Shown: positions 36,907-45,491, counted from the first letter of the stretch. The stretch is DNA of 64,000 nt from an uncultured Anaerolineaceae bacterium (GCA_964633225.1 CAZWFQ010000003.1:26064-90063); one strand, 5' to 3'. Numbers and translations: made by a program. The notes: generated by a model not told the origin, from the sequence alone.

Positions 36907-37866
36907 TCATTTGCCCTTAGCCGGCCCAGCGTTTTCCACCAGGCCCTGGCAGAATTGTATCACTTCACCAGCTAAACGTTTCCGATCATCCGGAACTACC
37001 ATCAATGTATCTGTGACACAGGTTTGCACACCCACATCCTCGATCGAATCAGCCAGGCTTTCGTCCAGGCTGTCTAAGACAAAGCCCGTCAGCAGCCGGT
37101 TGTAGTGCATGGCAACCGCCAGAGCTGAGGGAGCAATGCCCAGCTCAGCATACATTTTTGCTGCCGGACCTTTAACCGTCTGCCCGCCAATGATCGGTGA
37201 GACCGCCACCACCGGGCGCTCACCAACCGCCTGGCGCATCCCCGGCACCGCCAGGATGGGATCAATGCTGACCCACGGATTTGAAGGGCAGAAGACCACC
37301 ACATCCGCCCTTGCCAATGCCTCCAACGCACCAGGGGCCGGGTGGGCTGCTTGCACATTCTCGAAGCGAAAACCGGTCACTTGAGGCTGGCACTGCCGGT
37401 GAACAAAATACTCCTGGAAGGCCAACTCCCCCGCACTGGTAAGCACAAGCGTGGGAACAGGCTGGTCGCTCATCGGCAGAACCGGATGGGTTACACCCAT
37501 CGCCCGGCAAAAATCAGCTGTCACCTGGCTAAGGCTCTGCCCGGCGCTCAGCCTGTGGGTGCGCTCCAGGTGCAGCCCCAGGTCCCGGTCGCCCAGGCGA
37601 AACCAATCTGGCCCACCCAAGGCTTTCAAACTCTCCAGGGCATTCCAGCTCTCTTCCTGCCGCCCCCAGCCGCTAGCCGTGTTGGCAAGCCCAGCCAGGG
37701 TATAACAGACGGTATCCAGGTCAGGGCAAATCTTCAGGCCCAGGTGCTCAAAATCATCCCCGGTATTGACGATAACCGTCAGGTTTTCGGGCGGCAGAAG
37801 CTGAGCCAGGCCATCCACCAACTTGGCCCCGCCCACGCCCCCCGCCAATGCCACAACATGGATCAA
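36907..37866 (-). CDS. cofD: 2-phospho-L-lactate transferase (CofD/FbiA)
   Basis: VVALAGGVGGAKLVDGL, VNTGDDFEHLGLKICPDLDT and WFRLGDRDL signatures. Confidence 0.92.
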   Translation of the reverse strand: MIHVVALAGGVGGAKLVDGLAQLLPPENLTVIVNTGDDFEHLGLKICPDLDTVCYTLAGLANTASGWGRQEESWNALESLKALGGPDWFRLGDRDLGLHLERTHRLSAGQSLSQVTADFCRAMGVTHPVLPMSDQPVPTLVLTSAGELAFQEYFVHRQCQPQVTGFRFENVQAAHPAPGALEALARADVVVFCPSNPWVSIDPILAVPGMRQAVGERPVVAVSPIIGGQTVKGPAAKMYAELGIAPSALAVAMHYNRLLTGFVLDSLDESLADSIEDVGVQTCVTDTLMVVPDDRKRLAGEVIQFCQGLVENAGPAKGK

Positions 37867-37876
37867 CGTATCACCT

Positions 37877-38239
37877 TCACTCTCCCCCGCGCCGCACCAA
37901 CATACCGCGCAGGCTCCCTTTGTTCATGAATTCCAATACTTGGTCAATATCCGCATCGTCACAGCCCAACAGAACCTTGATCTCTGCATCGCGTTTGTGC
38001 AGGTCTACCGAGCACAACACCCCCACCAGTGCCCGGCCTGGCAAAGAACCCACCCACACATCCACCCCGCCGCCATCTACAGTGGTGGTGGGGTGCAAAT
38101 ATCCATAATCCAGCGGGTAAATCATCCCAGGATAACGCGGGTGCGCTGACCCTTTGGGGCGATCGATCACCACCTGGCTGGTGGCAACCAGACGCTCAAG
38201 GTGCGACCAGAATTCAGATGATTGTGGGCTGAGATCCAT
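37877..38239 (-). CDS. small family-I inorganic-pyrophosphatase-like protein (truncated, degenerate acidic motif)
   Basis: IDRPKGSAHPRYPGMIYPLDYGYLHPTTTVDGGGVDVWV aligns with the E. coli Ppa core VDRF...[24 protein letters not shown]. The start overlaps the cofE stop by 1 nt. Confidence 0.6.
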   Translation of the reverse strand: MDLSPQSSEFWSHLERLVATSQVVIDRPKGSAHPRYPGMIYPLDYGYLHPTTTVDGGGVDVWVGSLPGRALVGVLCSVDLHKRDAEIKVLLGCDDADIDQVLEFMNKGSLRGMLVRRGGE

Positions 38240-39030
38240 TAGCGGAACATATCCTGTTCTTTGGGGCGCAATAATTCTGCCAGGCGGCCATCGCGCAGGG
38301 GATATGGGAAGCCGCGCACATGCACCACGGGCGTACCCTCAGCCGCCTGGCCCATTACCAAAGACGCAGCGGCAGCCAGTTCATCCGCCGCTCCAATCAG
38401 GGTGATCTTCAAGGTGTAACCAAACAAATCCGATTGGCCGCGCAGATCCACCAGGCCCGGCAGGCCTGCCAGGCCAATGGCCACACCCACCACGCCCAGG
38501 CGCCAGGCCCGCCCATGCGAGTCGATGATCAGCACCCCCAGGCCTGCCCCGCTGGCAGACTCAAGCCGCTCTCGCAGGGCTTGGGCTGAGGCATCGGGAT
38601 CCTCAGGCAGCAGCAGCACCCATTCCTCACCCTGGCTGCCTGCCGCCAGGGTGCCGTTGCCAGCGACATTGGAATGATCGATCCCCGCGCTGGCGCACAC
38701 AAACCCCAGGCGGTGCTCCACAATGATCGACCCTGGGCGGCTGCGCAGCACTGCCTGGCTCTCGCGCAAGATCAATTCCACCACGCGGGCATCCTTTTCG
38801 GCACGCTGGGCCAGTTCCACTGCCTGTGGCGAGGGGCTGATGGTTGCCAGGTTTACCCAGCGACCTTCTGCTTTTGAGACCACCTTCTGAGCCACCACCA
38901 GGATATCCCCATCCACCAGGCTCAAGCCGGCTTGCTCCAGTGCAGTCAAGATCAGTGCAGCCAGGTCATCGCCGCTTTGCACTATCGGCAGGCCCGGTAA
39001 AGGGGTCAATGTCATCGACATAGGCGGCAC
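38239..39030 (-). CDS. cofE: coenzyme F420-0:L-glutamate ligase (CofE), single-domain form
   Basis: GDILVVAQKVVSKAEGR, ASAGIDHSNV, IIDSHGRAWR and ADELAAAASLVMGQAAEG. No C-terminal nitroreductase-like (FbiB-C) domain. Confidence 0.9.
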   Translation of the reverse strand: MPPMSMTLTPLPGLPIVQSGDDLAALILTALEQAGLSLVDGDILVVAQKVVSKAEGRWVNLATISPSPQAVELAQRAEKDARVVELILRESQAVLRSRPGSIIVEHRLGFVCASAGIDHSNVAGNGTLAAGSQGEEWVLLLPEDPDASAQALRERLESASGAGLGVLIIDSHGRAWRLGVVGVAIGLAGLPGLVDLRGQSDLFGYTLKITLIGAADELAAAASLVMGQAAEGTPVVHVRGFPYPLRDGRLAELLRPKEQDMFR

Positions 39031-39041
39031 ACCCGCTTGTT

Positions 39042-39722
39042 CTAAGCCGCAGCCGGCGGCTCGAGACCTGAAAGGCTGATGCTGGCAGTCTTGACGCCAT
39101 AATGCTTGTTCACGCTGATCAAGATGGCCGTCAGACCCTCTACCGTGAGGGCATTATCCAGACCGCCGGCAAAATATGCCTGCATCCCACCGGCTTTCGC
39201 CAGGTCAATCACCTGCTGGGCGGCATCAGCCGAATCTGAACACACCAGCACGTCCGTTGCAATCTGCCCACCCAGATTCTTCTTCAAGGCATGCGACGGA
39301 ACATTCTGGAAGGCCGCCACCACCTGCACGCCCGTCCCCAGGATATTCTGTGCCAGGCGGGCCGCTGAGGGCGGTTCGGGCGGACGCGGATCTCTGAAAT
39401 CTACCCGGGCAGTGGCATCCACCAATATCTTCCCCTGCAGGGCATCTTTCAGGCCTTCCAGCGCAGCCTGGTGAGCAGACTGAACCACGGTGAGGACGCT
39501 GATATCGGCCTGGCGGGCGGCATCAGCATTCTCTACGCCGCTGACACTCTCCAAGCCCAACTGCGCATTCAACTCAGCGGCGGTGGCCTGGGCTTTCTCT
39601 GCCTGCCGCGAACCGATGATCACTTTGTAACCGGCATATGCCCACCGCAGGGCAAGTCCTGGGCCTTCTTTCCCTGTTCCACCCAAAATGGCGATGGTGG
39701 GGAGATTGTTTGCTTGTGTCAT
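39042..39722 (-). CDS. npdG: NADPH-dependent F420 reductase (Fno/NpdG)
   Basis: IAILGGTGKEGPGLALRWAYAGYKVIIGSR Rossmann N-terminus, typical length of 226 aa, AGGAGG RBS. Confidence 0.85.
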   Translation of the reverse strand: MTQANNLPTIAILGGTGKEGPGLALRWAYAGYKVIIGSRQAEKAQATAAELNAQLGLESVSGVENADAARQADISVLTVVQSAHQAALEGLKDALQGKILVDATARVDFRDPRPPEPPSAARLAQNILGTGVQVVAAFQNVPSHALKKNLGGQIATDVLVCSDSADAAQQVIDLAKAGGMQAYFAGGLDNALTVEGLTAILISVNKHYGVKTASISLSGLEPPAAA

Positions 39723-39783
39723 ATTACCTCCTGATAAATTACTTCTCTGAGATCTGGTCCTGCCGGGTGGATGAACTCAACGT

Positions 39784-41118
39784 TCAAACATTACTGCTGT
39801 AGCGCTGCCACACCTTTTCGGCCACGGTGCGCGCCTGTGCGCTGATGGCTTCTTCGTCCAGCCCCAACAGCTTGCGATCGCGCATCAACACCTGCCCCCC
39901 CACCATGGTCATGGTGACCATGCTATCGTGGAAGCCGAAGAGCATCTGCCAGGGCAGGTTGCCCTCGGTCAGGGGCGTGTAGGGATGATAATCGACAAAG
40001 ATCAGGTCAGCATGCGCACCCGGTTCCAGCACGCCCACCTTGCCAAAAAACGTCTCTGCCAGGGCCGCATTGTTGTAGGCTGCCATCTGCACCACGTGGC
40101 TGCCGTTCATACAGCGCGGATCGCGGTGCCAGAGTTTATGCGCCAGGTAAGCAGCCTTCCAGTCTTCCCACATAGCATTTGAGAAGCCGTCATTGCCCAA
40201 CCCCACGCGCACCCCGGCCTCTAGCATGGCCTCGACCGGCGGCAGCCCTACACCGTTGTTCATATTTGAACGCGGCTGGTGCGTGACCCAGGTATTCGTC
40301 TCAGCCAGCAATTGGATCTCCTCTACACTGACGTGCACGGCATGCACCACAATGCTGTGCGGGCCAAGCAAACCATGCTGCTGCAGCCGGTTGACCACCG
40401 GCAGGCCGCATTTGGTCAGGCTGTCTTGCTCATCCACCTCATGTTCAGCCACATGGATGTGAAAGCCAACCTCTTGGGGGGCGGCCTGGCGGCAGTCTGC
40501 CAGGGTCTGTTCAGACAAGGTCAGGCTGGCATGCAGGCCAAAAGTGGCCGCCAGACGCGGGCTGGGCTGGCCTTTCAAGCGGTTGATAAAGCGCATGTTC
40601 TCGGCAATCCCGGCCTGAGCCCCCGCCAACCCGTTGCGGTCGGTCACTTCATAACACAAAGATGCCCGCACACCGGCCTGCTCCACCGCCTCAGCAATTA
40701 CGTCCAGCGAACCATCGATGAAGTTGGGCGAGGCATGGTGGTCGATAAGGGTGGTGGTACCGTGGCGGATGGCATCCACCAGGCAGACCAGGGCCGAGTA
40801 ACGCACGGCTTCCTCGTCCAAAGCCAGGTCTAACGGCCACCACAGCTTCTGCAAGATCTCTGGAAAATCCTTGGCTGGCGCGCCCGGTATTGCCATGCCG
40901 CGCGCAAAGGCTCCATAGAAATGGGTGTGGGCACAAATATTGCCCGGCATCACATATTGGCCCTGGGCATCCAATTGTTCTGCTTGCGGATAGCGTGCCA
41001 GGAGTTCGGCCTGCGGGCCGATGGCAGCAATCAGGCCATCTTGAACATACAGGGCCTGCCCGTCCAATACCTGGTTAGGCTGACCCCAAGTGATCAGTTT
41101 TCCGTTCGTTATCAGCAT
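39784..41118 (-). CDS. ssnA: SsnA-like amidohydrolase-superfamily aminohydrolase
   Basis: MLITNGKLIT..., VMPGNICAHTHFYGAFARGM and the amidohydrolase metal ligands (HTH, HVAEH, VHAVH, GNDG). GGAGG lies 5 nt before the ATG at 41118. Confidence 0.75.
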   Translation of the reverse strand: MLITNGKLITWGQPNQVLDGQALYVQDGLIAAIGPQAELLARYPQAEQLDAQGQYVMPGNICAHTHFYGAFARGMAIPGAPAKDFPEILQKLWWPLDLALDEEAVRYSALVCLVDAIRHGTTTLIDHHASPNFIDGSLDVIAEAVEQAGVRASLCYEVTDRNGLAGAQAGIAENMRFINRLKGQPSPRLAATFGLHASLTLSEQTLADCRQAAPQEVGFHIHVAEHEVDEQDSLTKCGLPVVNRLQQHGLLGPHSIVVHAVHVSVEEIQLLAETNTWVTHQPRSNMNNGVGLPPVEAMLEAGVRVGLGNDGFSNAMWEDWKAAYLAHKLWHRDPRCMNGSHVVQMAAYNNAALAETFFGKVGVLEPGAHADLIFVDYHPYTPLTEGNLPWQMLFGFHDSMVTMTMVGGQVLMRDRKLLGLDEEAISAQARTVAEKVWQRYSSNV

Positions 41119-41129
41119 CACAGCCTCCA

Positions 41130-41762
41130 TCAATCAAATACGGTCGGCAAGGTAGAGTCATTGTACGCCGCAAAGACATCCCGCAGAATACGCGGTGGGG
41201 TGCGCTCGCCCGAGAGCTCGCCTGGGATATCTTGCTGTGCAAAGAAAGCCACTTCAGTTGTCTCATTACTGGGTGTAGGCTGACCGCTTAATAAATCACA
41301 CAGAAAGACAAGCTTGAAGGCATGGAATAATTCTACCGGCCCAAAGCGGTTGCAGTCATAGATGCCCACCACCCGCCGGGCCTTGACTTTGAACCCGGCT
41401 TCTTCCCACACCTCTCGCTCTGATGCTTCAGAGGGCACATCGCCCACATCCGCCCAGCCGCCCGGCAGAGTCCAGCCGCCATCTATCCGCTCGCGCACCA
41501 TCAGCAGTTTGCCATCTTGGAAAACCGCCCCCCGCACATCGATGCGCGGGGTAGCATACCCAATCTGGGCCTTAAAAATGCTGCTCAAGGCCGCAAAATC
41601 CAGGCCGGCATACTCGCTGATCATCTCAGCCGCAATCTCATGCAAGCGCTGGTAGCGTTGGCGTTGAAAGTCGTCTTTGGCGTAATTGTTGCCGGTTTGG
41701 GCCAGTGCCTGAATCTCACGCGCCCATTCCAGCCAGCGAGGAGTGGTCACCGGATCGGTCAT
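41130..41762 (-). CDS. NUDIX hydrolase with N-terminal Nudix_N-type helical domain
   Basis: Nudix box GGWADVGDVPSEASEREVWEEAGF (G-x5-D-x7-REVxEEAGF). N-terminal WLEWAREIQALAQTGNNYAKD. Both ends overlap neighbouring genes by 4 nt. Confidence 0.88.
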   Translation of the reverse strand: MTDPVTTPRWLEWAREIQALAQTGNNYAKDDFQRQRYQRLHEIAAEMISEYAGLDFAALSSIFKAQIGYATPRIDVRGAVFQDGKLLMVRERIDGGWTLPGGWADVGDVPSEASEREVWEEAGFKVKARRVVGIYDCNRFGPVELFHAFKLVFLCDLLSGQPTPSNETTEVAFFAQQDIPGELSGERTPPRILRDVFAAYNDSTLPTVFD

Positions 41763-44557
41763 AGGGCTGCCAATACCTGCTCCTGATCCACCGGTAACCT
41801 GTCGACACGCACACCCACGGCGTGATAAATAGCATTGGTGATGGCAGGCGTGGTGGGAATACTGACCAGTTCACCCACTCCCTTGGCGCCATAGGGACCT
41901 TCAGCCGTAGGGTGCTCAACCACAATCGAGACGATCTCGGGCGTCAGCTCGATCGAAGGGATGCGGTAGCGCGCCAGGCGATCAGTGATGACCTGGCCAT
42001 TTTCTACCACAAACTGCTCGGTGAGGGCATTTCCCAGGCCCATCATGGCCCCGCCTTCCACCTGCCCCTGCAAACCCAACGGATTGAGCGCGCGCCCCAC
42101 ATCGTTGGCGGCGATCAGGCACAGCACACGTACTTCACCGGTCAGGGTATTCACTTCCACCTGGGCTGCCTGGGCGGCAAAGCCATAGGCAAAGTGCATC
42201 TTGCCGCCTTCGCCCAGCGGATTGGTGGTTGGGGCCCAATACTCATACAGTGCGCGCGGCTGACGGCCTTCGGCCTTGAGCAGCGCCACCACCTCGCCCA
42301 AGGGCAGGCGTTGATCGCCCACCTGGGCCAACCCTTCCACAAAGCGCACTTGCTCTGGGGGGCAGTCATACTTTTCCGCCAGGCTGCTGGCAAGCGCCTG
42401 GCGCAACGCCTGGGCGGCATGCCGGGCAGCATTGCCCGTCACATAGGTCTGGCGTGAAGCCGTAGTAGGGCCGCCGTCGGGCGTCAGGTCTGTATCCATC
42501 ACCAGCACCCGCACCCGCCCCGGCGCCACCTGAAACTCTTCTGCCACGGTCATTTGCAAGATGGTCACCAAGCCCTGGCCCAGCTCAGCCGACGAGGTGC
42601 GCACTTCCAAAGAGCCATCAGGGTACAATTCTACTTCGGCCCCGGCCTTATCAGGCGCGCCCCCGCCCAGGCCAGTATTCTTATAGGCCACAGCAAAGCC
42701 CCAGGCCCGCCGTTTGTGCGGCTCGCCAGCCACCGCCTGCGCCTTGAAAGGCTGGTCGCCAGCCCGGCGGCGCATTTCAGCTTCAACACGCTGGATGCAC
42801 TCCAACAGTCCAACACTCTCGTCCAACACCTGGCCTGTATTGGTCACGCTGCCCACGCGCAGCGCATTCATGCGCCGTAATTCCACCGGGTCCAGGCCAA
42901 GCTTCTCCGCCAGCATGTCCATCATGCTCTCAACGGCAAAGGCCGATTGGGTCACGCCAAAGCCTCGGAAAGCCCCCGCAGGCGGGTTATTGGTATACAT
43001 GGCATAACAATCGGCGCGGGCATGGGGTGATTCGTAAGGCCCCGAAGAATGGGTGGTGGCGCGCGTCAGCACTTTTTCGCCCAGCGAAGCATAAGCCCCG
43101 GTATCGCCATACAACTCCGTCTCAACAGCCGTCAGCGTCCCATCCTTGCGCGCCCCCACCTTCACCCGGATCTGGGTGGCGTGGCGCTTGGGGTGCACCA
43201 GCAGGCTCTCGTGCCGGTCAAACAACAGCTTGACCGGCCGGCCTGTGGCCTGGGCCAATAGCGCGGCGTGGATCTGCCCGGCAATATCTTCCTTACCGCC
43301 AAAACCACCCCCGATCAATTGGCCGATGATGCGCACCCGATCTTCTGACCATCCCAGGGCGCGTGCCACCTGGTTGCGGTCAGCATATGGGATTTGAGAA
43401 CCAACATACACTTCCATACGCTGAATCCCAGCATCATGTTCGTCTGGAACAAGACGGGCAATGCTGCACTCAGGTTCTAAAAATGCGTGGTCGGTAATGG
43501 CGGTATAGAAGGTATGTTCCATCACCACGTCTGCTTGAGCAAAGCCTTCGCTCACGTCGCCCTTGCGCACCTTGATGTGCTTGAGCAAGTTGCCGCCAGC
43601 GTGCAGGCTGGGGGCATCGGCCTGGCGTGCCTGCACTGGGCCAGCGACCACCGGCTGGAGGTCGTATTCTACCGCGATCAACTCCAGCGCTTGCAGGGCA
43701 ATCTCGCGCTGCTCAGCAGCAACAATGGCAATCGCATCCCCCACGTAACGCACCCGCTCACCTACCCCCACCATCACTGGCCAATCGGGGATCACAATGC
43801 CGTGCTGGCGCTCGCCGGGCAGGTCGGCGGCAGTCAACACCGCCGCCACGCCGGGCAAAGCGCGGGCCTTTTCCACATCAAGTGTCTTCAAAAAGGCGTG
43901 CGGCACACCCGCCCGCTTGACACAGGCATGCAGCATGCCCTCAAATTGCACATCATCCGTGAACCTGGCAGCCCCAGTCACTTTTGCCACCGCATCTGGG
44001 CGGGGCTGGTGGTGACCAATGGTAGCATATGCGTCCGCCTGGCCCGAATTTGCCACGTTGGGAGGCGGCACAGGCTCGCCCGTGCGCAGAGCATAGGCCG
44101 CCGCCTGGATGGCCCGCACAATAGTGGGGTAACCGGCACAGCGGCAGAGAGTATCTTTGAGGGCATGGCGGATCTCAGCCTCACTAGGGTCGGGCTTGGC
44201 CTGTAACAGTGCGCCAGCGGTCATGATCTGCCCGGGGATGCAAAAGCCACACTGCACCGCACCATGCAGCACAAAGGCCTGCTGAAGCGGGTGCAGGTCT
44301 TCAATGCGGGCATCTGCGCCCGCTACAGCCGACAGCCCTTCAATGGTCAGCACGTCTTTGCCTTCCACCCGCGCAGCCGGGTAGCTGCAAGACAGCACTG
44401 GCAGCCCATCCACCAACACAGTACACGCGCCACACTCAGCTTCGTTGCAGCCGATCTTGGTGCCGGTCAGGCCCAGGCGATTGCGCAGCAAATCTGCCAG
44501 CATCTCGCCAGGCAAAGGATCCAGGTTATATGCGGTTCCGTTAACGTGGAAGTTCAT
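41759..44557 (-). CDS. XDH-family fused [2Fe-2S] plus molybdopterin-binding catalytic subunit (enzyme C, XdhD/YgfN-like)
   Basis: GCNEAECGACTV, QCGFCIPG and CRCAGY. Then TDHAFLEPE, GGGFGGKED, KRHAT, FRGFGVTQ and GVGELV. The start overlaps the upstream FAD-subunit gene by 17 nt. Confidence 0.92.
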   Translation of the reverse strand: MNFHVNGTAYNLDPLPGEMLADLLRNRLGLTGTKIGCNEAECGACTVLVDGLPVLSCSYPAARVEGKDVLTIEGLSAVAGADARIEDLHPLQQAFVLHGAVQCGFCIPGQIMTAGALLQAKPDPSEAEIRHALKDTLCRCAGYPTIVRAIQAAAYALRTGEPVPPPNVANSGQADAYATIGHHQPRPDAVAKVTGAARFTDDVQFEGMLHACVKRAGVPHAFLKTLDVEKARALPGVAAVLTAADLPGERQHGIVIPDWPVMVGVGERVRYVGDAIAIVAAEQREIALQALELIAVEYDLQPVVAGPVQARQADAPSLHAGGNLLKHIKVRKGDVSEGFAQADVVMEHTFYTAITDHAFLEPECSIARLVPDEHDAGIQRMEVYVGSQIPYADRNQVARALGWSEDRVRIIGQLIGGGFGGKEDIAGQIHAALLAQATGRPVKLLFDRHESLLVHPKRHATQIRVKVGARKDGTLTAVETELYGDTGAYASLGEKVLTRATTHSSGPYESPHARADCYAMYTNNPPAGAFRGFGVTQSAFAVESMMDMLAEKLGLDPVELRRMNALRVGSVTNTGQVLDESVGLLECIQRVEAEMRRRAGDQPFKAQAVAGEPHKRRAWGFAVAYKNTGLGGGAPDKAGAEVELYPDGSLEVRTSSAELGQGLVTILQMTVAEEFQVAPGRVRVLVMDTDLTPDGGPTTASRQTYVTGNAARHAAQALRQALASSLAEKYDCPPEQVRFVEGLAQVGDQRLPLGEVVALLKAEGRQPRALYEYWAPTTNPLGEGGKMHFAYGFAAQAAQVEVNTLTGEVRVLCLIAANDVGRALNPLGLQGQVEGGAMMGLGNALTEQFVVENGQVITDRLARYRIPSIELTPEIVSIVVEHPTAEGPYGAKGVGELVSIPTTPAITNAIYHAVGVRVDRLPVDQEQVLAAL

Positions 44558-45491
44558 TACCAGCCCTTTCCCAGGCTAACGCCAGCACCTGGCGCAGCAG
44601 CACACCCGCCAAATGACGGCGGTATTCTGCCGTGGCGCGCTGCGGGCTGGTGCGGAAGCGTGCCTCACCCAACAAGGCTTCGTTGGCTTTTGCCAGGGCA
44701 GGCTCGTCCAACGGCTGTCCGAGCAACGCTTGCTCGGTTTGCAAGGCGCGCAAGGGCTTCAAGCCGGCAGGACCGATCGCAATTCGCACGCCCGCCAGGC
44801 GGTTGCCATCGCGCTGCAGCCAGGCCGCCAGGTTCAACACAGGCAGCGCCACCCCTTGGGGGCGCATCACCCGCCGGAAGGCTGATGCCTGGCCCGGCTG
44901 GCTCAAGGGCAGCCAGAAGCCCACCAACAGCTCCCTGCTTTCGGTCAATATCGAGCGCCCCGGCCCCAGGTAGAGATCGGTGATAGGCACAGTGCGCCTG
45001 CCGCTGCACCCAGCCAGTTCAGCCTGGGCATCCAGGGCGTGGAGAGCAATGCTGCCATCCGCAGCCGGCAGGGCATGCGCCACATTGCCGCCCAGGGTCG
45101 CCACGTTGCGCACCTGCGGCCCCCCCACCTGCCCGCAAGCCTCCACCAAAGCCTGGGCATGTTGGCACACCAGGGGCGCATCCACCAGGCGGTGCAAGGG
45201 TACAGCCGCGCCAATGAACAGCCGCTCACCGGTCACTTCAATGGTTTTTAGCTCAGGGATTTGGGTAATGTCGACCAGGGTGTCGACAGCAGCCTGGCGT
45301 CCCTGCTGTAACTCTAACAGCAGGTCGGTTCCACCAGCTACCAGGCGCGCCGGGCCGCTGGCTTTTGCCAGGGCTTGTAAGGCGTCTTCGATACTATGAG
45401 CAAGATAGTAACAGTTCCAGATGGTCATCGAATCGGCGAGATGGCGGTACTTTTCGACGGGCCGGCTGCCCGACGCCGGCGCAAGATTCAC
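44541..45491 (-). CDS. XDH-family FAD-binding subunit (enzyme C, YgfM-like)
   Basis: LVAGGTDLLLELQQG FAD motif and a CO_deh_flav_C-like C-terminus. The start is uncertain (GTG at 45491 or ATG at 45428). Confidence 0.85.
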   Translation of the reverse strand: MNLAPASGSRPVEKYRHLADSMTIWNCYYLAHSIEDALQALAKASGPARLVAGGTDLLLELQQGRQAAVDTLVDITQIPELKTIEVTGERLFIGAAVPLHRLVDAPLVCQHAQALVEACGQVGGPQVRNVATLGGNVAHALPAADGSIALHALDAQAELAGCSGRRTVPITDLYLGPGRSILTESRELLVGFWLPLSQPGQASAFRRVMRPQGVALPVLNLAAWLQRDGNRLAGVRIAIGPAGLKPLRALQTEQALLGQPLDEPALAKANEALLGEARFRTSPQRATAEYRRHLAGVLLRQVLALAWERAGNELPR

